In this document: one piece after another, positions 15,101 through 25,701 of the stretch
Position numbering within the stretch: position 1 is the first letter of the stretch
Layout of the letters: each line of letters opens with the position of its first letter
NCBI GenBank assembly: GCA_037379345.1
Contig: CM074515.1
Span: 47,807,743 to 47,871,742, forward strand
Direction of reading: 5' to 3'
From: Perna viridis
Taxonomy: Eukaryota
DNA: 64,000 nucleotides
The notes under the pieces: generated by a model
Seen by the model: the letters and a program-made list of their open reading frames with translations, nothing else
Databases searched by the model: none
What the model was told of the DNA's origin: nothing
Made by a program: the position numbers and the translations under genes

Positions 15101-18100
15101 TCAACTCCAAAGATCGTCATAAAGATGATGAATTACACAAGATTTTATCTAATGGTTATGTTAGTGATGTTTCTGGTCAGAAAAATAGAAGTAGACGACC
15201 CAGTACGTAGCTTTTTTATAGTTGACTAGATAGCCTGTAAAGGCTAATTACATTGGAGAATAGGCCTTTAAAAAAATTATGAAAATATATAACAGTTGAT
15301 GAGTAAGAGTAATCAAGGGAACCAAGGTTATAGCGGTAAACAAAAGAATGTAATCCAGGGACAAAGACCAGACATGGAAAACAGACATACACAACAAATA
15401 ACATAAAGTAACTAAAATCATACATACAAAGTAACAAAAGTAAATGAGCAACTCGGACTCCACTAAAAACTGGGAGCATGGACCAGGTGCACCGGTAGGG
15501 TAAGCGTCCTATGCTTTTCTAGAAACACTCGCCGAGTTGCTCATAAAAAGTCAAGTCAGGGGTAGACAAACGAGGAAAGGAAAACTATGACTCGTTGAAT
15601 AAATCAGTTTTCATGGTGCTGATGGATACACCATAACGATCCACGAGTTCATGATGACGACCATAAAACTTCTGTAGTGATGACTTCAATCTTGTAGCAA
15701 CATAACCCTGCATAACATAATCTGCAAACCAGATAAATTTCTCATGTGTAAAAATAATGAAGAATAGAATCAGTGATTCTGAACAGTCTTTAAAGCACTT
15801 AACAACAAGATATGTAATGATTGGAATGAACTGAAGCAGGTTGTATAAATATAAAGATAAGATAAAATGTTCACACATTTGTTAACTGGTGATATAAAAA
15901 AAGTATATATCTCAATTATAGTTGACTGCATGAGTAAAAGTAGTTCCCGAGGCTGTGTAACTACAGATTCAGAAATGTATGATACGGGTGATGATGATTT
16001 ATTGGAGGCATGTGTGCGTACTGCAACATCAGCACCATCTAGTCGAGCACCAAGGGAGAGAAAACGTGCCAAAAATCACAGAAAGTCGTGTGAGTAATCA
16101 ATGCCCATAAAAAAATGTATTTTTACATTATGATAACTACACTGTTGTGATGTAAGGTACAAAGAGATAGACCAAGGTCCCTTAAATTTTGATGTTGTTT
16201 TTTGGTGGAGGAGGGTTAAGTTTTTTACTGTGAATTTAAAAGAGGAATATGATTTCTATCTATGCTATATGGGAAGAGGCTTATTGGTTTTTCCTAATGT
16301 GTATCAAAAAAAAATTTGAATTTGAAAACCATGCAAAAAAAGGGTCAATAGTCATACCAAATGTTTTTAAATGTACATCATGGGATGCTATAACCTTCAA
16401 AATAAAACAATTCTTAGCTTTAGTAGTTTTAATTAAACAAACACCATTACAGTCATTAAAAACCAAATAACCCACATTCTCCTTTTGGCAAGAAGCAAGT
16501 TTGAAATCTTCTCCCATGCCATGCCTGGACCTAGGGTCCAAGTGAGCTTATGCCATCACTTTGTATTAGATGTCTAAAACTTTTAACTTGAAACCTTATA
16601 ATTTAAAATCTTGTTTGGGTCTACAAATGATTCACTTTCAATGAATAAGATAGCAACAAGCAACCGTATTGGTTTCAGTTTGTTAACATTATAGATTTCT
16701 GCTAAGTTAAATTATAAGGTTTCATGTAATTAAACAATAATGTTAAAAGTTTTAGACAGCTAATGCAAAGTAAAGACAAGATCACTTGGTCCAGGCCAAG
16801 TGTTATAAGACTTATAAACTACAAGTCAAAATCTTTTTAAACTTGTTAGAATTGATGAGGTTGTTATCCAATTAAATATCCTTCTATGGCTGTGGCTCCT
16901 CAGAGTTGCCATTGAAAAAATATTGGTAAAATCTACAAAATTTTGTTTCCCACTAATATTTAAATTTCATCCAGTTGAACGATTCAGGCTTCTGGAAACA
17001 TCCAGTCATTGTCTTCTATCTATAAATGAACATTAAAAAAAGAATAATGTCATGTTTTTATAAGACAACAATTTAAACATACAATTACCATTCCAGCTGA
17101 ACGTAGAACTTCATTCCTGTGGTAGTTTTGGTAGGTTTCTGACGGTGTGCTGTGATAAGTTATGTTACTTTCAGGATGCCTGAAAACCATGCTATCCATT
17201 TTATTTGACCAAACGATGGAGTTTTGCTTCCAAGTTGTTGATTTTGCCTGTTATGTGGCATGCCCTTGTTTCAAGACTAAAATATGTTTTTCTTTTTATT
17301 GAATTTCCCTATACTTCACACAGTAACAACCTTAATCATTATAGATATAGCTATCTACATAATCTGTCAGTTTGGAGTTCTCAGTTTAATTTACCTGAGT
17401 TGAAATACATGTACATAGATTTTTATTAGACTTCTATGTACATGTTATAGTCTTGAGAAGTTTCTTATTTGCACACATATTCTTGCTGTAAAATTTTCCT
17501 TTAAAACTTCCCTAGGTTATCCAAGCAATGAGCATAGCACATGTTTGTCCAGTCTTAGTCATTTTCTTATCATAATCAATATTGAATTTTCAATATCACC
17601 TTTACAATTAGCAGACAAGGAGGGGAGAGACACAAAAATGATGCTCCTAATAGGATAGATTTACATCTCAATTTTATCAATGCCTCTAATTTATAACATG
17701 AAATGTGAAGTAAATATTCTTTTCTTTTTTCAACTCTAAATATATAAAATTGAACCATTCCTCATATTTTTTACCAGAATCATGAAGTTATAGTGGTACG
17801 TTCCTTCAGTGTTTTCTATTGTATATTAATGTAAATGTTTTTTAAAAATTGACAAAATTAAGCATGGGTAATTTACTAGACTTGCATGATGTGGATAGAT
17901 TTACTTAATGTTTACTTATGTATGTTCTTGGTAGAAAAATACCATCTTTGCAAAGTCTAGACAGAAGAGTTATAGCCCTTACATTGTGACACTAGGCTGA
18001 AGACTTAGTGCCCCTTTCATTGCCAAATATTTATTTTTTTTTTAATGAAAGGTATTGAATAAAAAGATGATGCACTTTTTCTGAGCTAATTTTAAAAAAT

Positions 18101-21100
18101 ACCATTAAAGACTTTCAATTTTTTTCTACTACCTGTTAACTTCTTATTTTACTTCTATTAATTAACAGACTTTTTGGGGAATGTTTGATTTCTCTTTCTA
18201 TAACTCCATGTAACTTTTTTCTTGCCTATCACGTGTTTTTCTGTTGATGCTATGCTTTAAATGTATTGCACCAAAACAATTTAAAAAAAACTCCATAGAC
18301 TAAAGTTTTCATATGTTTTTTTTTCATGTACCTGTATGAGTTGCCACAATCACAAGTACACCCTTTTGTCATGCTAATGTTTATATATACATTGCAAAGG
18401 AAGTGTTGTTGTACCCTATATAAATTCCACAGGAAGTAGTCTTAACGGAATGAGAATTCAATGTATATTGTATGCCTGATACCTTATTACTCGTTGTACA
18501 TGGTATGCCTGACACTGTATTATACGAGCACATTTTACTTTCTTTCAGTTCGAGATAGTGACACTGACCATTACTAGGTAAACAGGACAGATGGCTACTT
18601 GTTTGTTAGACATTTTATTTGAATGTTATTTCATGCCACTATTTTCTTTTTTTATTTTTTTCCTTCAGTGTATGTTGATTGTGACCACCCAACACGTTAA
18701 AATGACTTCTTACACGTTTGATGAATGTTGTTCACGACCTGAGTATATTGCCCTTTAACCTTTGTTTTGGTGACTTAAAATATTTCCTCCATTGTTTTTA
18801 ATTTTGACTGTGTTATAGTGCATACAATGTCGATGTTCAGGGGATAGAGTTAGTTTTCCATTGATAAGATATAATCAATTAATGAACTTCAATAGGTAGT
18901 TGGCTGGACGATTTATAAGGGGGTTTAAGGAGGTAGACCCAGGGTAAGGGTCACAACCCTTACAAATCATTGGAACATTTATATTCAGCATTTTACATCA
19001 ATCTCATGCAAGCATCAAAGTAACTTGGACTGATTTCATTCTGTTTCAAGGAAAGCTTGTTAGGCTTTGGTGAAATTGAATATGATACAAACATATCACT
19101 GATTTCAGGAGTTATATCTCTTACCCTAGGTTTACCTCCTTTAACTTAAACAAAGTTAAAATTTCTTTTTGGCTTATCCAGTCAAGTACCTAAGAATCAT
19201 TTTATCAATCGGAGACCAACTCTATCCCCTGAACATCATCATTGTTTTTGCTGTAATGTAGTCCTGTGGCTTGGTTTTTTCAACATATTTAAGTTTCAAT
19301 CTAATACTATAAACAACATTATGAATTTTGTATAAATCTTGTCCCTTACTTAATACATGTATTTCATATGTCAGCTTAATATGATTAGGGTAATAATAAA
19401 TGTTTGTTCTTCATGGCTCTACAGAGAATTGGTTGATACAGACCATGTTGATATACCCCATAGGAAGGTAGTTACTTGACTTTTAAACAGGAATTTCAGT
19501 TTGTTTTTGTGACACCATCTATTTTAATCGTGTGTCTTGTCTTTTAATTGTTGCACCTGTGGGTAGAGACAGGAGTTCCTCACATACATACACTGGCTTT
19601 AAAGATGTAGCTAGAATTGTTTGTATTACACAGGCTGTAGGTTATTCCAATGTGCTAATTTTGAGCTAGCCCTCGTTTCTATTGCCGAAAATACTTATTT
19701 AATGCATTTTAAGGATTCAGTTTTTAAATGGAATGCTTAGAATTATTAGTTTTAAAATGAACTCATTACTTTTATGTTTAATTGTCAGAATCTGTCTTTT
19801 AGTGAGTTGATTCTTCATGGTCCATTAATATGCGTGCATTCCTTCATGTATTTATTCTCCTATTGAAAAGAACAATAACGGCATTTAATTTAATCTTTAG
19901 AACAGAAGCTTGCCATTGATCAGCCATGTGCACATAAAATTGTCTTCTTAAGCAATGTTAGTGACTGAAATTATCTCCCTTTATCTTGAGATGCAAAATG
20001 TACATGTTGGATAATCTACAGCCTGCCTAGCAGCTTCATGCAAATTGTCATCTATAGAAGATAACTGCATATCCAACTGCTGAAAGAAACTACTCGTATA
20101 TGCTTGGAGAAAATGTTTCTCATATGTTAAAAGAGATGTATTCAGTGTGTCATAGGGAAGTGCTACACTTACCTTATATATCTATATCTAGTTTGGTGGA
20201 AAAACAGTTTAATTGCTGAGTATAGACATGGTATAAGAAAGTCTGTTTTTGAACAAAAATGTTCCTTGTATCAGATTTAAACATTAATGGAATAAATAAA
20301 TGGAACAGTTGCTCTGCTATAAAAATCTGTACAACTAAAGTTATTGCCACTGAGGTTTGAAAGGTGTAAGGAAGTGTTGTGGTACATTCTTTCGAAATAG
20401 AATTAATTCTGGAAAAAGTTACTAACTCTTCAGCATGAGCTGTTCTTCGTTTTGTGTCAGTTTTTAGACTGTCTATAACATGTCAATAATAAGTCTAAAT
20501 ATTGTTGTCCTAACCTGTTCAGTTGTTTAGACCTTTTATAGGCTGCATTGAAAAACATTGCATGTAGAATGCATGTAAAATGTCAAATTTCTAACAAAAG
20601 CCCTTAAAGTTAGTTTCAAATTTTCAGAAGGCTTATCATTTTGAAAGTAAAATTTTAGGCATTTGGGTTATTACTATGTAAGTACACATACTGACATTTT
20701 TTTGGAAGAATCCTAAGCCCAAGTCTTCTTAGAAATGACATGATATTTGTACACCAAAAGGAATATTAACAGCTTGGCACCCTAACAAGAGTTCTCCCTA
20801 GCTTTGCAACAGTTAGGAGAAGTAGTACTTTCATACTTTCTTCAAGAATATACCAAAAAATTAAATATATCATTTCAATACTACTTGAAAGTCAGTTTGA
20901 TTTTATTGAAGTTTACAGTAAAAGGATCAAATTACTAACATTGAACATGTTAGAGAAACAGTAGAATCTAGTGACAATTTATATACTTTGTGAAATTGTT
21001 TGATAGAATGGGACATTTAGATACATATGTAGTTTCAATTCCTTGTGCAGTTATGTATGCTGTTTGTGAACATTTCTATGTTTTTACTGTAAATGGAAAT

Positions 21101-21214
21101 CAAAAGTTTATTGTTTTTTTTTTGTTTTTTTTTTTTGCAGTGAGAAGGACACTGAAAAGTGGGCTAACTGCAGAAGAATGGGAAACGGTGGCCTCATTCT
21201 CAGATGCTGTCTAA
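141..21214 (+). CDS. FHOD3: FH1/FH2 domain-containing formin, FHOD family (FHOD1/3-like); 5' exons lie outside the window
   Basis: Phase-consistent GT-AG exons: 141-314, 759-925, [1879 or 1891-2157], [2841-3080], 3937-4931, 9517-9672, 10223-10408, 11237-11356, 12039-12200, 12520-12641, 14095-14169, 14465-14657, 15088-15202, 15922-16089, 21141-21214. Poly-proline FH1. FH2 motifs [54 protein letters not shown]. The C-terminus [12 protein letters not shown]|[10 protein letters not shown] matches the FHOD DAD tail. Invertebrate co-orthologue of FHOD1/FHOD3. Confidence 0.95.
1879..2157 (+). CDS. Candidate FHOD cassette exon (phase 1-1), acidic Asp/Ser-rich repeat
   Basis: Acceptor CAG at 1876-1878 (alternative CAG at 1888-1890), donor GTAAGG at 2158. 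Open in the FHOD frame; 279 or 267 nt, both multiples of 3. Confidence 0.6.
2841..3080 (+). CDS. Candidate FHOD cassette exon (phase 1-1), Arg-rich then Ser-rich
   Basis: Acceptor CACAG ending at 2840, donor GTAAGG at 3081. 240 nt, open in the FHOD frame ([15 protein letters not shown]...). Confidence 0.7.
6421..6426 (+). CDS. Candidate 6-nt microexon (Asp-Val) in the FHOD FH2 linker
   Basis: ttttaacatcaacAG|GATGTG|GTAAGG inside a phase-0 intron. CTAAT at ~6365, TGCATG at 6395. Confidence 0.45.
7001..7174. mobile_element. CAGGGGCGGATCC-TIR MITE
   Basis: caggggcggatcc...gatccgcccctg, flanked by ccata/ccatg. Internal sequence is shared with 33820-34005. Confidence 0.8.
8320..9202. repeat. Minisatellite, ~56-bp unit, about 15 copies
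   Basis: Unit catgtgaacatgtttatactgtgtacactactagttcatatactgtagttgtactt (e.g. starts at 8575 and 8631). Confidence 0.93.
13251..13513. mobile_element. Tc1/mariner-type MITE (TA-cagtcaaa...tttgactg-TA) with an ~88-bp internal duplication
   Basis: TIRs and TA flanks; related copy at ~35897-36063. Confidence 0.75.
15305..15716 (-). mobile_element. Penelope-like element 3' fragment
   Basis: Encodes [27 protein letters not shown]; same 3' region as 37170-37563. Confidence 0.85.
16536..16792. repeat. Imperfect inverted repeat (fold-back) in the last FHOD intron
   Basis: tgtctaaaacttttaac/gttaaaagttttagaca and tgaaaccttataatttaa/ttaaattataaggtttca. Confidence 0.75.
18549..18577 (+). CDS. Candidate FHOD alternative stop-containing exon (FRDSDTDHY*)
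   Basis: ttttactttctttcAG acceptor. In phase 1 it reads through to TAG, which is immediately followed by a GTAAAC donor. Confidence 0.4.
18669..18700 (+). CDS. Candidate FHOD alternative terminal exon ([10 protein letters not shown])
   Basis: Strong ~25-nt polypyrimidine tract plus CAG ending at 18668. In phase 1 it reads through to TAA. Confidence 0.45.
18833..19237. mobile_element. Outer fold-back MITE hosting the Kolobok-like MITE
   Basis: gatgttcaggggatagagtt..ttgataa pairs with ttatcaa..aactctatcccctgaacatc. Confidence 0.75.
18929..19140. mobile_element. Kolobok-like MITE (TTAA TSD, GG..CC termini)
   Basis: ttaa-ggaggtagacccagggtaaggg ... cttaccctaggtttacctcc-ttaa. Further copies at 22470-22696 and ~53540-53699 (-). 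Confidence 0.8.
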
Positions 21215-23900
21215 GAGAGGATTACGAAAGGATGGTTGAGGAAGTGATGCTAGCTGTCTCATTGCTGTTATGGCAACCTGATGCAATATGTACACAAATG
21301 ACTACATCAGTCTTTCAATATATCAGTGACAATGTCCCCATGTATCATCCCATGACATCAAATGTCCAATCATTTGCATATTAATACATATTCATGAGAT
21401 TAATAGAAGTTTTGCAAACTCGTGTCAGAAGGACTTTTGTTATTTGCAGTCTTCAGTGCTTGTTTTGACAAATTTTTGTATAGTTATTGCAAGATTGAAG
21501 AAAACAAAAAACATGTTAAGTTAACGTAATGTCCAATATATTGCATGTACTAACACAAACTAAGGCATATATTTGGTTTATCGGAAACAAGTCAAATTAA
21601 TGAATATATGTGTAACGTATAATAATAAGAGAAGGATTCTTATATGTTCAAAATCAAGTCCAATCAAGACTATTCAGATATTATTTATTCAAGGACATAT
21701 TTGGGAACAAAATTTGTCTTAAATAGGAAATTCAAATACAACAGAGTCTGTCAGAAGTGTTTTACACACTGAAGTTTTTAGGGCTTAAAAAATTTGATTT
21801 GTTTTCTTCATAAGAGACTGAAAATAGGAAATAGTTGCGGTTGAAATATATTTTATTGGCTTATATTTATTTCTAATTTATAAATTTCATTAAGGCTGGT
21901 TCTTAAATGAAATTTTTGGTAGCTGAGATATTGATGTTGTATTCTAGGAGTTTTAGAACATATTGATTATTGTAACTTATTAGATTTAGTGCTTTGTTTT
22001 TTCTTGGTGTTCAATCCTCAGTATATTTTACTAACCTAGTTACTACGTTAGATTTTGAATGTACTACTGTTGTTTTTTATGTTTGTGGTAACTTTGATTG
22101 AAAGCTTCTATTGTAGTTAATAAATTATATGTTGTAGCTCAGGTTGTCTAGATTTAGTATTTTTCATTAAAATTTTTGCTTCTCTTTTTTTGACCAGAAA
22201 AAAAGATTTTATTATAGCCTTGGAATTTGGCAAGCTGTAAAATATTTTGTAGCCTTGGAATGTTTATACTCCAACTCCAAGTAGTGGGGTATACTGCTGC
22301 TTTTTTTTTTCTCCCGAGTTAAATTTTTTTATACAGTTTTTCCTTTCCAAACTTTGGAGCAAACCTTTAGATGAAGAAAATTTCTAAAATTGATGAGGTT
22401 AAATAATTGTGATTCCTACTCAGTCACTCGGTAGCAATAATTTGTTATTGTACTTAACACAGTCTTTAAGAAGGTAGGCCTAGATTAAGGGACACAACTC
22501 TTACAAATCATTGGAGCGTTTGTTTTCAGCATTTGACATTAACCTCGTGTAAGTATCGAAGTAACATGGATTGATTTCATTCCATGTGAAAAGCTGAATG
22601 AAAATGAAAGCTTGATAAGCTTTGGTTGAATTTAATATGATACAGACATATCAATAATTTTAAAAAGACTTACCTCCCTTACCATAGGTCTACCTATAGT
22701 CAATATTTTTTTTTAAATGGTCTCAGAAAAACAAAGCTTTCAACTTTCTTGTAGGATATTTCAAACCCTAGTACATAAGTACATCATTGAGATTTGATGC
22801 TTCATAAGTTTGTTTTATTTTTTACCTTAGGTTGGCTAACTAGAGATTATACTGTCATATTTATTCATAGTGTGCGTCTTCCTAATGTTAGACTGTGATA
22901 GATTTTCATATTCGGTCTCAATGTTCCAACTATTTAAAAGAACTTGTTACAAATGAACTACAAACATTAAATTTGGTGTCTGTGATTTTAAAGTCTTAAC
23001 ATGTTTGGTGTTCTTGGTTTTTGTTTTGTTTTGTTTTTTTGTTGTTATTCACAGTAAGAGATTACTTAAGCACACAAGGTACAGCTTTGTTTATTTTTCC
23101 GTACAGTTCGTTAAAAAATAAATTGATACAAAACACATGGATTGAAGTTGCAGCTATTTATCAACATTCTTTGTCATAACATTTCATTTTATTCAATTTT
23201 TTTATTCAGATTTCAATTGTTACTATAATAATTGCTTGAGTTAATGATCAATTTTAAATTTTCACAAATTCATTTTTCAAAATTCCATTCAATTCATTGT
23301 GTTCTTGCCAAGTTTAAGTAGATTCTGTAACTATGGTGATTGTTGCAATATTTTTTTCATAGGTGTATGTGGTTTTGTTTTGTTGTTAGTCTGTTAGGTT
23401 ATGTTTTAATTTGTCTCATTTCCATATTCTTTGTTTAGTTTATATTTGTACATTTTGAGACCTTTTAATTTATTTTTGTTTACATTTTATATACATTAAA
23501 ACATGCTTCAGTATTAAGGGAGATAACTCATTTAATCAGCGGTAATGCAGGGTGTTGGATATGTGTTCATAAGTATTTCAATCTGAATTATATACACATT
23601 TATTAATTATGAAATCTTAATGTACTCAATTTTATTACATATCTAAATTAGCATATCTATTCTAAACCAGAATAATCTATTCAGACATATTTCTTTATAA
23701 TTGTTTATTTTAAGCAATATGTGAAAGGAAATTGTATCAAATTCAGAAGTTATCTCCCCTTTTCAACCTAGTCAGTTGTAGCCATGACACCCTGTACATA
23801 TCATTTCTAACGGAATGTATCTGTGTGCCTCTGCTGAAAATCCTGCCATATTTTGTGGATCATTTTTATAACAACATGAAAAAAGACAATAAAGACTTTT
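21215..23900 (+). other. Probable long FHOD 3' UTR
   Basis: T-rich sequence after the stop codon, with AATAAA at ~22119, ~23117 and 23888. The true end is not determined. Confidence 0.4.
22470..22696. mobile_element. Kolobok-like MITE copy in the FHOD 3' UTR
   Basis: Aligns along its full length with 18929-19140. Confidence 0.75.
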
Positions 23901-23929
23901 CTATTTTTTTGTGTTTGCTAATAGAACCA

Positions 23930-24872
23930 TGCAGCCTTGTATGTGGGAGGTTGTGGGTTCAAATCGGACTGAGTCAAACCAAAAACTAAAAAATTGGTAT
24001 AGTCACTGCTTCTCCACTTAGCATGGGTTATTCAAGAAGATGGAGTGAAGACTTATTGGCTCTGACTCAGAATAATGCGTCCAAGTGGGTACTCCTACAA
24101 TGTAAGAGTCTGGAACTGTTTTCCTCCATACCCCAACCTCTTACTTCAAAGCACCATATTGCATACTGCTCATTCCAACGTTCTCTGAAATCAGCAAATA
24201 TTATAGTAAAATATTTACCATTTAAAACATTTTATAGTTTCTTTACCCTAACACTGGAGAAGGTAACCAAACTGAAGAAAAACAGATGACCTACCTGATG
24301 AGAAAATCCATCAATCCTGGAAATTCTTTGTAAAAGCAGCTTAAATGAATTTCACATTTGGTTATCAGCACTTTGAATGGGTACATTTAGTTGATAAAAT
24401 ACAGATTTTAATTTGTGAAACGAAAATTTGCCATTACCAACTTGAGTTCGTTTTGTCAAAAATATATTGTACTTTGTAAAATTAGAATTCAAAATGGCTG
24501 GCCACTTTGATAGCTGTCTTCATGTTTTCTAGGTATTTAACAAAAAGGATTTTTTCGCTTGATATCCAGTGGGTTAAATTTCTTTCAAATAAAGGACTTG
24601 AAATATTATAAAACATGTTTAGCTTATTCACATTTTGCAGGGGCTTTCAAAATGTCAGATGCTAGATGAAAGGATGGCACCAAGTCAGAAAATATCTCTC
24701 CAGACAACATCTAGCACTGTTAAAGTATCCAAGTGGGTGGCATGCCCACCTGCAGGCTGTTGCTTCTGTGAGCCAGCACATTAAAGATAGGGCTTGGTGT
24801 GTTAGACTAATACAATGCAGGGTCTGCATGAAATATCTGTCATATGATGCTAAACAATAATCAGTCAATCAT
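23930..24872 (+). mobile_element. tRNA-derived SINE (MetaSINE-like), interrupted by a MITE at 24090-24727
   Basis: B-box gggttcaaatc; central gtcaaaccaaaaactaaaaaattggtat..tgcttctccacttagca recalled as Meta-domain-like; (aatc)n-like tail. The two halves are joined through a duplicated tccaagtggg. Confidence 0.65.
24090..24727. mobile_element. TAC...GTA non-autonomous DNA transposon with 10-bp TSD (Mutator-like)
   Basis: tccaagtggg at 24080-89 and 24728-37. Its termini are shared with shorter copies at 45581-45674, 55608-55702 and 51395-51460. Confidence 0.75.
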
Positions 24873-25387
24873 TAGAACCACTAAAATATCCATATTGTCC
24901 AATACTTACTTTATGTACAATAGATCTATACTTGCACTATATGGAAGCCAAATTTCCATTGAAAAAAGCCCTTCAAAATTTAAAATTATCACAGCAGGCT
25001 GTTATTTCAGTGAGCTAGTACAAAGCAGTGTCTGTAGAAACTTGCATGTCCATAAATGGATTCAATCTATCTTCCATTTCTATTTTGAGACATGAATTAA
25101 AAATGGTATATGCAACAACAGTAACTCTGCATTTTTTAACATTTTTGCTTCCTTTCCATCAAAGAAAAAGGTATATCTAAAATAAATAGGAATGCTGAGA
25201 CAATCACAGAAAACCTCAGGTGTTTTTTACACTAAACAAAAATTGGGGTAGACAGAAAAAAAAAATGTTTGCCTAACTGGAAACACAGATTTTTTACTGT
25301 CTTATTTACCTGATTTCATACAAATATAAGACAAGCAAAGCCTCACACACACTGAATAAATCTAAGGCCCCAAAGAGATCTAATTCT

Positions 25388-25701
25388 TTATTTGTCAGTT
25401 AAAAGGCTGTTCAGATTTTATTGCCTTCTGTTGCCAAACTTTGATGGCTTGTAGCAGTTAATCCCATGACAACTAGTACTCATCTGAGGTTTATTTGCCA
25501 GTCAGTAAAAAGTTGTTAAAGATTCCGATCCTTATGTAGCTTTACTTTAAAAGGCTGTTGGAGTTGTTTCCATGACAACTGGTACTCCTCTGAGGTTTAT
25601 TTGTCAGTGAGTATAAAGTAGTTCAAGTTCTGGTCTTTGTGTTGCCATACTTTGAATGTCTGAAGAAGCTGTTTCCATGCCAACTGGTACTCCTTTGATG
25701 T
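25388..25701 (-). repeat. Three tandem ~105-bp copies of the ADAT1 C-terminal coding segment
   Basis: Units 25597-25701 (coding), 25491-25596 and 25388-25490, each ending ...actg(a/g)caaataa on the minus strand. Confidence 0.85.

Noticed and set aside
15216-15479. Recurring small ORFs such as [16 protein letters not shown] / ESELLI (also 37335, 45355, 50481, 55376, 55877)
   Set aside because: These are translations of the Penelope-like 3' region or of off-frame RT, not host genes.
17175-17183. Acceptor ctttcAG at 17174 giving an immediate TGA in phase 1
   Set aside because: Short pyrimidine tract and no other support; cannot be told from chance.
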